A stretch of 64,000 nt of DNA. Source: Cyanidioschyzon merolae. Lineage: Eukaryota. The notes beneath the pieces are model-generated. The model made no database searches. It was not told the origin of the DNA and was given only the letters and a program-made list of their open reading frames with translations. The translations under genes were made by a program, and so were the position numbers. Positions within the stretch are counted from its first letter, which is position 1; each line of letters begins with the position of its first letter. The stretch is from the NCBI GenBank assembly GCA_000091205.1, contig AP006495.2; one strand, 5' to 3'. Below are positions 33,751 through 44,079 of the stretch, piece after piece.

Positions 33751-35211
33751 GGAAAAGCGACGTACTTCGTTTACGATTCGATCATGAAGGCGTTCATGAT
33801 ACCGAGGATCTTCAGGATCGCCACTGCGAACTAAAGAGCGTGGCATTGGATTTCGCCCGAGCTGGCATGCGGTACGCGGTACCTGAGCAGCGTGCCAGCG
33901 AGCGCTTCAAGCGAAGATGCAGCCAGTGGGATTGAAGGGCCCATTTCCACCGATGAACATGCCAATATTAGATGAACGCATCCCCCATGGATGCAGTAGC
34001 ATCGAAGTATAGAACCACATGACGGTTCACTCGTTCGCCCAGGGACATCGTTCTCGATGAATGGATGCGACGCTCGAGCCGTGCTGGAACGCTCAGCTGC
34101 ACGATGTCAGCGGCTGCGTCGGGGCGACCATCCAATGCCCTCTGTACCTGTCACTGACGTCAATTCATCGCAAGTGTTCAGCGTGCCCATACAATGCCCC
34201 AATGAGTACAAAATGGTGCGTTTGAAGGTGCGCTCGACACAGAGCCGCTTGACGATGAGGAAGCACAGTACGTTTTCGGGTATTGATCGAGACGTTCCAG
34301 TTTCGATATAGCGCGAGCCTTTAGCGGATGGGTGCTGGTTGCGTCACCGCGAACCATTGGTCTCGAATTCAGCTGCCTTACCATCTCGTGCATTCGGCTC
34401 CATTTCATGCTCATCTTTTGGATGTGTTTAAATGGGCACTTGTGCTCTTGATGCGAATATATGTCGTCCTGAACGCATTCATAGGAATTGCCCAGAATCG
34501 ATTCCTGTATGCAGTGTACGCTTTTGTCGGAAGCGCAAGATTGCAGACCTTTGCGAGCTACGGCACGTCCCGTGCAACAACCTACCTGCAAAAGATGCGA
34601 ACTTTAAGTAGTTTCCTCGTCCAGTTCATTGAACCAGTTGAAAAATGCACGCATCTTGCCTCCGCTCCACTGAAGCCGATCGCGACCCCAGCACTGCCTC
34701 ATATACGCCTGCCAGTGGTCGTCTACACGAGCCATCTGGACGCTCATGTGCTCTGTGGAACGTGGAATCCCCTCCATCAGACCCGCATTTTTCTGGGTCT
34801 GTGAGGTCAGGCTGAAACCGCTGGAGGAAGCGATCCTTGAAGCACGCAGTATTGACCTGCACACAGTTTCAGTATATGAGGTTGGTTGCATACGTATTGA
34901 CACCGCCGCTGCAGATGCTCCGGTTGCCGACACCGAGCGACGACGCGTCCGTGTATGCTCGGAGACGCGTGTGCAGAAGCAGATGCAACGATCAGGCCGT
35001 ACTGCATCTCCTGCTCCGAAAATCAGTAGTCGCACGAAGATTGGATCGAATACTTCCGAAGAATGCAGACTTTCCGCGACTATTCTCCAAATAAAACGAT
35101 ACATTCCTTTTGTTGAATAATTTTGATAACAAGATACAAAAACAGCGTGCTGGTGCAGACATTCCAGCATGCACTGCGCAGCGTACCACATCGAGCGGTG
35201 CGCGTGCGAAC

Positions 35212-36453
35212 CTAGTGGAAACCGAACATGTGCGGAATCGCACTGAGGTACCGGTCGCCGGTGTAACTCAGGCTCGGAGCCAATGGATACCGTCCCAGCG
35301 CGCGCCAACGAGCCACATTGGAAGATAAGGTCGACAGAGGGCTACCTACGAACAGGTGCGCCCCATAGACAGCAAGATACATTTCAGATACCACCGAAAC
35401 GATGTGATTCCGTCCAGGGGCCGGCAACGTCGGCGACAGCACCTGCCAGCTCTCTTGCACCAGCGCGGTTAGATCGTAGACTCGACTGGGAGCAGCACCA
35501 CAATCCCCTTGAGCCTCCACGAAAGTTTTCCACAGCGCCAGCGTCTGCAGTGATGCCCCATGCCCGTCGTGCATGACGTAGAAATGGAGCGGACGCGCGT
35601 CCGGATCGCGCCGCTGGATCGCGCACAACTGGCACAGGGCGCAGCGTGCACTCGAAGACACGCAGGCGCTCTCGTTTCCCGCCAAGACCCATGCGTGCAG
35701 CGCGTTTGCCGGGAAATCATCCGGACGTCGTGCGTGCGCGCGCGGCTCGAAGCCACTGCGACGCAGGTGAACGACAACGACGAGCGGCGGTGAGGCGGGC
35801 GCTCCCTCGAGGGCCCCCCAGTGCTGCATCCATAACTTGGCAACAGGGGTTTCGCGCAACGTAATGCGCTGCCAGAGACGCAAGAATGACGCTTCGCTGC
35901 GCGTAAAACATCGCATTAGGCCGTATAGATGGGCGAGCTGGAGCAGGAGCGGCCCTGCGCGTGCCGAGGCATCTCGCAGGCTGCCGAGTGCATCGCCGCA
36001 GGCCGCGTCGCGATGGAGGCGTAGGCTGATGTTGCGGGCGTCGAAGACTGTGGACATGCTGCCACGGCGCCTGCATCGGGCTGCTGTCGATTCTGGTAGG
36101 ATCCATCTACGCAGCAGAGCGGCATCGATATCGAGAACATCGAACCAGGTGTTCGAAGTGGTAGGGCGGGCGCGTTCTACCAGTGCGGGCACCACAAGAC
36201 GGCGGCCTAGCAGCTGTGCTAGATGAATACCGACGAATAGTGCCATGAGCTGGTTATTCCAAGCACCGTATGACGGATCATAGGATAGGAGGTATGTGCA
36301 ATGACTTGAAACCCGGCTCCTCCAGTGGCAAAGCACGAGGCCGCCTAGCCAAGCGAGCAGTACGATGAGCGCCCTACGGCCGAGGAGCTTTAGCGTACCC
36401 GCTGACCAAGCTCTTTGTTGTTGATGGTTGTACTTCGAGACTGTTCTCGGCAT
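35212..36453 (-). CDS. GDP-fucose protein O-fucosyltransferase-family (plant O-FucT/DUF246-like) type-II membrane glycosyltransferase
   Basis: N-terminal signal anchor. 'SYGAWNNQLMALFVGIHLAQLLGRRLVVPAL' resembles the O-FucT GGLNQ..........LVIPEL block. The C-terminal 'VYGAHLFVGSPLSTLSSNVARWRALG' resembles the family C-terminus. Confidence 0.55.
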   Translation of the reverse strand: MPRTVSKYNHQQQRAWSAGTLKLLGRRALIVLLAWLGGLVLCHWRSRVSSHCTYLLSYDPSYGAWNNQLMALFVGIHLAQLLGRRLVVPALVERARPTTSNTWFDVLDIDAALLRRWILPESTAARCRRRGSMSTVFDARNISLRLHRDAACGDALGSLRDASARAGPLLLQLAHLYGLMRCFTRSEASFLRLWQRITLRETPVAKLWMQHWGALEGAPASPPLVVVVHLRRSGFEPRAHARRPDDFPANALHAWVLAGNESACVSSSARCALCQLCAIQRRDPDARPLHFYVMHDGHGASLQTLALWKTFVEAQGDCGAAPSRVYDLTALVQESWQVLSPTLPAPGRNHIVSVVSEMYLAVYGAHLFVGSPLSTLSSNVARWRALGRYPLAPSLSYTGDRYLSAIPHMFGFH

Positions 36454-37287
36454 TAGCGTATAAAGTTGACAAGAGTGCTACAGAGTTCATGGAGCAACAC
36501 CTGCAAAGGGAGGGAGCTCTCCCGGGGCGAGCTCGCTTCGTCGCCCGGCGCTGGCGTCTACCCTGTCGCCAGCTGTGCGCTGATGGGGCAGGTACCCGCA
36601 CTCCCGTAGCGCTAAGCGCTCGGTGTGGCTTTCTAGCTGCTATAAATATCAGAAATGGGAGCAGCCGCTTTGGTACCCGAGCAAAAACGCTCCGATCCTT
36701 CTGTGCACGTGTTGCAACAGAGCCTGTACTTAGCCGTGCCAGGGGGCGCGCGGGCTGCGCATTGCCCGCTGACCCCCAGAGCGAGTCGCAGCCGCTCCTG
36801 CATGTGCCTACTGGTCGAGTGCCGGTTTCGCTGCAGGAATCCAGAACGGTGTGGTGGTAGTTTTGCGCGTCGCTGGTGACAACTGGGTATCTGGGGACGC
36901 TGTCTCGTGTCAACGGTTTGTGCAACATAAAACATTAGTAGAGCAGGAGCGGTCCCAGGAGCCGTACCGAGTTCCCGCACGACCTGGACCCGAGCCGCAG
37001 TGCGAGCTCTTCAGACCGCTACCCGGAGCCCGGGCTACGGATGCCTCGTGTGCATAGCTTGCAGTTGTGGACGCTGCGTATCGGCTGCACGCTCGAGGCG
37101 GTTACCGAAGCCGCACACCGATCCAACCTTCGTTCGACCGGGTGTACCTCGTGCAGTGGCGCTGCCAGCGGACGAGTTACTCGACAGCGAGGCATCGCCC
37201 GCCGGGAACCGTCCCGTCGGTTGCACGCCTCTTGAGCGCCCAATCGCAGGTGCTGGTGAGGCAGTTATTGTTGTCTAGGCTGGCAAT

Positions 37288-39432
37288 ATGGCTCAAACTG
37301 CAACACTGGTCGAGCGAGACCTGCGTTCTCTGCTATGCTCAACGCGAGCAGGTTGCTGCTTTGCTGCCGCCGTGGCACCGGAGCGCCTCCGGCGCCGAGC
37401 TCTAACAGGCGCAGCCGCGCATCCTCCAAGGCGGAGCGGTTACCATCGTGGGTGTCCTTGTGGGGATGTTCGCATGCCTGGACTCCATGCAGGGAAGCAG
37501 GCATTGCTATGGCGATACCAGAGATCACTGCCTCGACGACAGCAGCAGTATTGGGGTCGGCACGCGTGCCGATCTGGCGTGCTGATGTCCATTAGAAGCG
37601 CACTGAGCGAGCAGCAGGCAGCTGCTTCAACGGATCTCCTGATTCTCAGCAACGGCCCCGGCGAGCTTTATACTTGGGTTCGACCGCTCCTCATGCATCT
37701 CGGCGAGGAGTTTCGCATTTCCATCGCGTTGACGCCTTGTCCACACGCTAGCGGTAGAGAAATGGACGCAGTGCTGCGCTTTCCGCATGTGGCACGGGTT
37801 TTGCCACCAGCCCATTTCTGGCGACTGCTCCTCGGAATCGAGTCGCATGGGTTGTGGGAACCGGGCGACTCAAACGCAGGTTCTTCGTCTGCCGACATGG
37901 AAACGTTCTGGCGTCGACAGGGGGTCGTTCTATTTCTTGGCGGTGACCAGTTTTTTGCAGGCCTTATTGCGAGAAGGCTCGGGTACCCATGCGTAGCCTA
38001 TGCTGAATGGGATGCCATGTGGCCCGGATGGATTTCCTGTTATGCAGTGCGGAGGCAAGCGATCCGCCAACGGGCCCGCAGGCACCTGCTTTATCGGCTT
38101 TTTGTGGCTTGGGCATGGATCCTCGGACTCTGGGGGGTCACTCTCCAGCAGCGACGGCGAGCAGTTCCCAGAATCGTGGTGATCGGCGACCTGACAACGG
38201 ATGCAGTTTGGCAGTACGACAATGTTCGGGAAAAAGCGAAGACGCTACGCGATTTGTACGTTGCGGCCTACGCGGAGACGCATCTGGGCGACTCGACCGC
38301 GCACGAGACGAAGCTTAGCCCCCAAAACCAACATTCCAGTGAGGTGCGCTCGACAGCTGCAGCCCATCAGAATCGAGTGCCTCGTACGTCGGTGTTGCAG
38401 GCCGGCTCCTCGCGGGAAAAGCATATTCTCGTTGGCCTGCTACCGGGATCGAAACCGAGCAAGCTGGCAATCATGGTTCCATTCTTGCTGCTGTGCGCGT
38501 ATCATATACACATGCGCGCAATGCGCTTGGGTGTTGGCCCCGTGGTGTTCGTGCTCCCAGTGGCACCGGGCTTGGATACAGCAACAGTACAGCGCTTTGC
38601 GGATCCCGCTCACAACTCAATGTTTCAGTTCATCCCGGGCGCCTCTGCTCATTCGTCGCTCTGCACCAAATTCACAGCTGCAGACGAGCCAAGCGTAGCC
38701 ACGGAACAAAGTAAGCGACCCGCTCCACATGCGCAAGTCGCACAGGCCATGCCCTCAGCGCTGGACCCAGACGAGCGCAATATGGAGGCCGGCCCTGGCC
38801 CGCTGGCCCCGTGCCTGCTTATTGATCGCGTGCACGCCCCAGCAGCGGGTGCAAGCGGCGTAGGACGTCTCGAAGCTAGCGCTGTTCAAGTGCCGATTTT
38901 TTTACACGAAGAATCCCCCGCGTATGCGTTGCTTGCTGCTACAGACATATGCCTGACAACCGTTGGTGCAAATACGGCGGAACTGGCCTCGCTTTGGACG
39001 CCCGCCCTGGTACTCGTTCCCACGCATCGATTGGATGTAATGCGCGCATGGGACGGAATCTTGGGTATTCTGTGTCGTTTGCCTCTGATCGGTACGATCA
39101 TTACGATCCTGACAAACCGCATCATATTGTGGATGTATGCGACTCGCCGCTGGGGCTACTTTGCGCTCCCTAATCGCTGGGCAGGGAACCGCGAACTACT
39201 TCCAGAGCTGGTTGGTAATTTGGATGCTCAGCAAGTTGCGGCCCGGGCGCTCGGCCTGGCACTCGATCAGGATAGGTTGCAGCTCATTCGACATGCGTTA
39301 CGGAACCATGCGCAGCCAAGTGGTGCAGTGCGTCGCCTTGCGGTGCTTGTGCGGCATGCACAACGCACTGCAGCAGTAGCTGCACCGAGAGAGGCAGTTG
39401 CTGATGCACACGACTCGTTGCGTACCGCATGA
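37288..39432 (+). CDS. LPXB: Lipid-A-disaccharide synthase-like protein (LpxB, GT19) with an inserted segment. The conserved domain starts at Met100 (37585); the upstream 99 codons may be a targeting peptide.
   Basis: Collinear LpxB blocks: 'ILSNGPGELYTWVRPLL' (AGExSGD-like), 'VLFLGGDQFFAGLIARRLGYPCVAYAEWDAMWPGW' (LpxB VFVGIDAPDF...YVSPSVWAWR), 'VGLLPGSKPSKL' (LLPGSR), 'ALLAATDICLTTVGANTAELASLWTPALVLV' and 'ALPNRWAGNRELLPELVGN' (SLPNLLAGRELVKEL). Confidence 0.6.
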   Translation: MAQTATLVERDLRSLLCSTRAGCCFAAAVAPERLRRRALTGAAAHPPRRSGYHRGCPCGDVRMPGLHAGKQALLWRYQRSLPRRQQQYWGRHACRSGVLMSIRSALSEQQAAASTDLLILSNGPGELYTWVRPLLMHLGEEFRISIALTPCPHASGREMDAVLRFPHVARVLPPAHFWRLLLGIESHGLWEPGDSNAGSSSADMETFWRRQGVVLFLGGDQFFAGLIARRLGYPCVAYAEWDAMWPGWISCYAVRRQAIRQRARRHLLYRLFVAWAWILGLWGVTLQQRRRAVPRIVVIGDLTTDAVWQYDNVREKAKTLRDLYVAAYAETHLGDSTAHETKLSPQNQHSSEVRSTAAAHQNRVPRTSVLQAGSSREKHILVGLLPGSKPSKLAIMVPFLLLCAYHIHMRAMRLGVGPVVFVLPVAPGLDTATVQRFADPAHNSMFQFIPGASAHSSLCTKFTAADEPSVATEQSKRPAPHAQVAQAMPSALDPDERNMEAGPGPLAPCLLIDRVHAPAAGASGVGRLEASAVQVPIFLHEESPAYALLAATDICLTTVGANTAELASLWTPALVLVPTHRLDVMRAWDGILGILCRLPLIGTIITILTNRIILWMYATRRWGYFALPNRWAGNRELLPELVGNLDAQQVAARALGLALDQDRLQLIRHALRNHAQPSGAVRRLAVLVRHAQRTAAVAAPREAVADAHDSLRTA

Positions 39433-40933
39433 TCCAGGGAAGCACTGCAACAACTGCAGCGTGAGAAGGGAAAGCCGCGGATCTACGCAACAACCAACGC
39501 ACTGCATCCTACCAAAGTTCACCATGACGGCTTCTTCGTTGACAGAACACCACCTTCGACGCTCCCGCGCCGGCCGCAGAGGCTCGAAAACAACGCGCTC
39601 CTGACGTATCCATGCCCAGGGCCGACGTTCCCGCGCAACGCACGCATATCGCCAGTGCGTGTCACTGCGCCTCGTAGATGCGTGTCGGATCGGTGCTGGC
39701 TGCTGCGTACCCGCAGTGAGGCACCGCCTGGCTGACGTGATCATCCGTGGACGGTTTAAGGCCAGGTACCGGCTACGAAGCCGTCGTCGCGACTCTTCTG
39801 GTGCGGCACGACGGTTCTGGTGTACCGATAAACTTCCTGTGTGCTGTCCGGGAACCAGTGATACGTGTGTGGATCGAAAAGTGTCCCAGGTATGAAAATT
39901 ATATTTTCTTTTCTGTTGACGGGCGACGACAATTGCTAAGAACTGTGTTTATACGAAATTCTGTGGATCGAAATGTAGCGGAACACTGGTGCACGTCGTG
40001 CGGCAGCCGGAGGTGCCGCCTACGTGTCCAAGCTTGGGTCAGTTTTTTTACTTGACAAACGTATCGTCGTGTCGAGAAAAGAAACCTGGTTCCAATGCGT
40101 TCGATTGAGGTACTAGTCAATCACACAGTACCCAGATCTGACGAAAGTTTTCTTTTCAGCTTCAAAGCGACAGCTCCAAGCTCTCTTCACACTAGCTCGC
40201 ACTAGCCGCAGTGGCCACTCGCGCAACTTGACGCGCCTTCCGACCGCTTGAGGTCACTCAGCGTGCGAAACCGCGGGTTCGCTCGCGTCCCTGGAGACGG
40301 CGTTTTCTCCTTGCCGGTTTTCGTAGCCGCGCTCGATGATGCGCTTGGGCGTGACTGCTTCTGCGCGGACCACGTCGGCTGCACCAGCGACAGAAAGAAC
40401 GCTACTAGGAGTCCGTACAGCCACTGGAAGAGCTTGCCAGTGGCGTGCAGCGGGTTCGCCACTAACGAGCGCCAGCCGCGCACAACCTGTCCGTCTTTGC
40501 GTACGTACATAAGCGTTTAGAAACTAGATGCCGTTGTGTCCAAGTGAGTACAAGTCCCGTATACGCTGCGTCTTGCGCTACGTGAGCTAAACGAAACGTT
40601 GCGGAAGAACGTCGCCAACGAACAATCGCGCAGTAAGGGTGCGCTCCGGATTGCACCCGAAAAATGCCCAACGGCAGCGGCCTCGAGCGGAGCACCGATC
40701 GCCATGCAGCAGCCTGCGGACGTTTGCCAGCGCGATGCGTGCGCGGTGGCGGCGCTGCAGCCGCCATCATCGGTCGCATACCTGGGACACGTTTCTCGCT
40801 AGAAATGGATCCTGTCGAAATAGAAACGCGCGCTACGATCGTGGCGTTTACCGTCCGTGCAGGCAGAGCGCGGAAGTAGCCGGTGCGTGTGGTTGTGTGT
40901 GTCCGAGTCGAAAGGCGCACGCTGCCGCGATAA

Positions 40934-42064
40934 ATGTCCTCGCAGAGCACGGCGCTTTCGAACGGTGCCAAGTCGGTAACCAGTGGGCAGCCCGACGGGA
41001 ACTCGGACGCGCGGGTCGTCTACGGCGACCGTCTGCGCTTCGTGCCGCGGAATATCCTTGTGACTGGCGGTGCCGGCTTTATTGCCTCGCACGTAGTCGA
41101 ACGGCTCGTGAGTCGATATCCCCACTACCGCGTGACGGTACTGGACAAGCTCGACTACTGCTCGTCGCTGAGCAACCTCGCGCAGGTGGCAAACCGACCA
41201 AACTTCAAGTTTATTCGCGGCGATATCCGCTCGCATGACCTGGTGCTTTACGTGCTCCAGGAGGAGTGCATCGATACAGTGCTCCACTTTGCGGCGTGCA
41301 CGCATGTCGACAACTCGTTCACGTCCTCGATCCTGTTTACGGAGAACAACGTGCTGGGAACGCACGTCCTCCTGGAGTGCGCACGCCAGTACGGCAAAGT
41401 GCGGCGCTTCATTCACGTCAGCACCGATGAAGTGTACGGCGGCGAGAGCAACATGGAGACAGAGTCATCGATCCTGGCACCCACGAACCCGTACGCATGT
41501 AGCAAGGCCGCCGCCGAATTCATTTGCCGCGGCTACGTCAAGTCGTTCGGATTGCCGGTGATCATCACACGCGGCAACAACGTGTACGGGCCGCACCAGT
41601 TCCCCGACAAGCTCATTCCCAAGAGTATCTGTCTGCTGGCGCAACGCCGGCCCTGCTTTGTACACGGCTCTGGTGAGCATGCACGCAACTTTTTGTACGT
41701 CGAGGACGCTGCGAGCGCCTTTGACACCATCCTGCATTGTGGCGAGACCGATGAGGTCTACAACGTAGGCTCTGAGATCGAGAAACGCAACATTGACGTT
41801 GTGCACGACATTATCGATCTCTTCGGCCTGTCTGCCGAGGCGAACCGCCACATCGAGTTTGTCAAAGATCGCACCCTCAACGATATGCGCTACAGGATCG
41901 ACTCGTCGAAGCTGCATGCGCTGGGCTGGAGGCCGCAGGTGTCCTGGGAAGAGGGCCTGCGCCGAACCAAGACCTGGTACTGTGATCCGAATAACCTGAA
42001 GCGCTGGCCGAATTATCTCAGTGGCCTCGTACCGCATCCGAGTCTCACCGAGGAGAAGCACTAG
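40934..42064 (+). CDS. UGD: UDP-glucose 4,6-dehydratase (RHM/UGD-type NDP-sugar dehydratase of the UDP-rhamnose pathway)
   Basis: Near-collinear with the plant RHM N-domain: 'NILVTGGAGFIASHVVERLVSRYPHYRVTVLDKLDYCSSLSNL', 'NFKFIRGDI', 'IDTVLHFAACTHVDNSF', 'RRFIHVSTDEVYG' and 'YACSKAAAE' (the YxxxK). Confidence 0.85.
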   Translation: MSSQSTALSNGAKSVTSGQPDGNSDARVVYGDRLRFVPRNILVTGGAGFIASHVVERLVSRYPHYRVTVLDKLDYCSSLSNLAQVANRPNFKFIRGDIRSHDLVLYVLQEECIDTVLHFAACTHVDNSFTSSILFTENNVLGTHVLLECARQYGKVRRFIHVSTDEVYGGESNMETESSILAPTNPYACSKAAAEFICRGYVKSFGLPVIITRGNNVYGPHQFPDKLIPKSICLLAQRRPCFVHGSGEHARNFLYVEDAASAFDTILHCGETDEVYNVGSEIEKRNIDVVHDIIDLFGLSAEANRHIEFVKDRTLNDMRYRIDSSKLHALGWRPQVSWEEGLRRTKTWYCDPNNLKRWPNYLSGLVPHPSLTEEKH

Positions 42065-42561
42065 GACGGCATTCATCGCGTACGCATTGAGCATGCAGCA
42101 GGCGAGAATTCGAGCGACACTGCCGCTGGTCTGTGCATCGCAGACGGCGATCCGCAGAGCAGCGTGGCATAGGATCGCCAGCGGATGCGCCTTTTGTACA
42201 TGTATGACGGTTCCAAGCGTGTCTCAGGTGCGCCTCTCTCGACAAGTCTGTAATACGAGGCGCTTTCGTGTCGCCTGCAACACAGGACGCATCTGAAGCG
42301 ATGCGCACCGACGAAAGCGCGTGAACTCTATCGACCGAGGGTCGTGGGCTTGCGACCTCATGATCTTGTGCCGGTTGCAGAGCGTATGTTACAACACACG
42401 ACAGCAGCAGGGCAGTTGACGCGGCACAGGTTCGCGCGCGGCAGGTACAGCGAGCTCTGGGCGGCCTCGGTTGCACCGATACGCTCTACGCTCGACGCGC
42501 TTCTGTTGCATAAACGTGTACTGAGGCTGTGCTCCAATAACCTGCAAGACGCCCATGTTCT

Positions 42562-43206
42562 ATGCAACGCGGTTTGCAGAGGTATGCTTTCGTCGAGTTT
42601 GCGTCTGGAGGCGCGTTGTTACGGGTGCGGCGGGTGAAGCATTCGGCGTCAAGAACTAGCCGCACACCGGCACGCTGTGCTGTGTCAGAGCCGTCACCAG
42701 CGTCACCGTCCAGTGGCGACCAGCCGACCCAGACAGTGCGTGTACGACCTGGTGAGCGGTCGCTGCGGCTGAATGCGCTACAGCGCTGGTTGCTCGGCCG
42801 ACTGAGGCGAAGCCTCGAGCGTCTCTCCCCCGGCAACGTGCCCAACCTGCTTAGGAGCGCCGTCGCGCGGGCGCGTGGTGCCCCCGCGGACCCACCGCCC
42901 TTGGACGATGACTACCTCGACAGTGTGCTGCTCCCAGAGTCAGATGAGCGGCCCTTTATATCGCCGGCACTCCGACGCGTCCTGCGCGACGCGCCTGTGC
43001 AGCCTGCCAAGGGCGTTTACACAAGCGACCCGTCGCGGACGTTCTGGGAGCAACTGATCCTCTGGGCAGGCGTGGTGCTCGTCGCTCTCGCCGTCCTGCG
43101 CGTCCTTTGGCTCTTTATCAGTGCTATCCTGGGAATTTCGCTGAGTCTCATCGTCATCGCCGTCGTCACCGTGTTCGTTTTCGTGGCGTTCACAGTACTC
43201 GGCTAG
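42562..43206 (+). CDS. Hypothetical small protein with a C-terminal double transmembrane / tail-anchor segment
   Basis: 214-aa ORF. The C-terminus 'LILWAGVVLVALAVLRVLWLFISAILGISLSLIVIAVVTVFVFVAFTVLG' is strongly hydrophobic. No known motif. Confidence 0.3.
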   Translation: MQRGLQRYAFVEFASGGALLRVRRVKHSASRTSRTPARCAVSEPSPASPSSGDQPTQTVRVRPGERSLRLNALQRWLLGRLRRSLERLSPGNVPNLLRSAVARARGAPADPPPLDDDYLDSVLLPESDERPFISPALRRVLRDAPVQPAKGVYTSDPSRTFWEQLILWAGVVLVALAVLRVLWLFISAILGISLSLIVIAVVTVFVFVAFTVLG

Positions 43207-43489
43207 AGAATCGGGAACTATCAGGGAACCGTACCGCTCCCAAATACATCCACGGGCTCATCGCAGAGCTGCCGACGAAGCAGGTGCAGCTGCGTACGCT
43301 GCCGGTAACCCCGCGGCTCGGGCACCGTACGCGCAACCTGCGTCCAAGCGGCAAGCACCATCCTACCTGTTCCGAAATATGCTCCCAGAGGCGTCGGTCT
43401 CGTCTGTTTGCATCGTAAAGTGTCTTGAGCACGGAGATCAGTCATCGCGGCAATCACTTCCAATAGAGACTGCGTCACCGTTGTGCGTA

Positions 43490-43700
43490 AAGGGAGCGTA
43501 GACGAATTGGGACCAGTCGCACTGTTCTCCGGCGTGGATTTTCCTCCCGGTACTTATTTCATCATGCAAAACATCGCCTTCCACAATTCTTTTATCGAAT
43601 GAGATAGAGAACTCTCCGAACGATCGCCCACAATCAGCATGCGATCATCTGATGACGCACCGGACACGGAAGCGGAGGATGGCATCGGGACCTGAACTCG
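43490..43700 (+). repeat. Dispersed repeat, copy B (paired with copy A at 9664-9900), ~500 bp upstream of the S1 gene
   Basis: See copy A. Both copies are in the same orientation and both lie in intergenic DNA. Confidence 0.55.
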
Positions 43701-44079
43701 GACACCACCGCCCTCCGACTACTTGCACAGGAGCTGGAGGCTCAATTCGCACCATCAACCTCAAGCAGGAAATCGCATTGAGTACTTGGAAGCATTCCTG
43801 GCAACAACACAACGTTCACTGGTGCTGATGACACTGCAAAGAGATGCAGTCTTCAAGATCCATCCAGTGATGAATCTGGTGAACCTGTTTCGTTCAACTG
43901 CCTGACACAAGGGCAGCGCCTCGCGCACCCCGGCCTGCTGCGTACTCTGACCACATCCAGCGCGCAGCTGGAGCGCTCGCTGCTGGATCGCGCAGGCGAG
44001 CACGACCCGCCACCGCCGCCGCCGCCGCAGTAGCCGTCGTCGACGGCGGCACCACAGCGCGCACACCCTGCACTGCCCC

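Noticed and set aside
34328-35308. ORFs 34604..35308 (-, 234 aa) and 34328..34804 (+, 158 aa) just downstream of the O-FucT gene
   Set aside because: They overlap each other on opposite strands and have no recognisable motifs. The minus ORF overlaps the O-FucT 3' end out of frame. They may be UTR or an unrecognised small gene, and cannot be supported.
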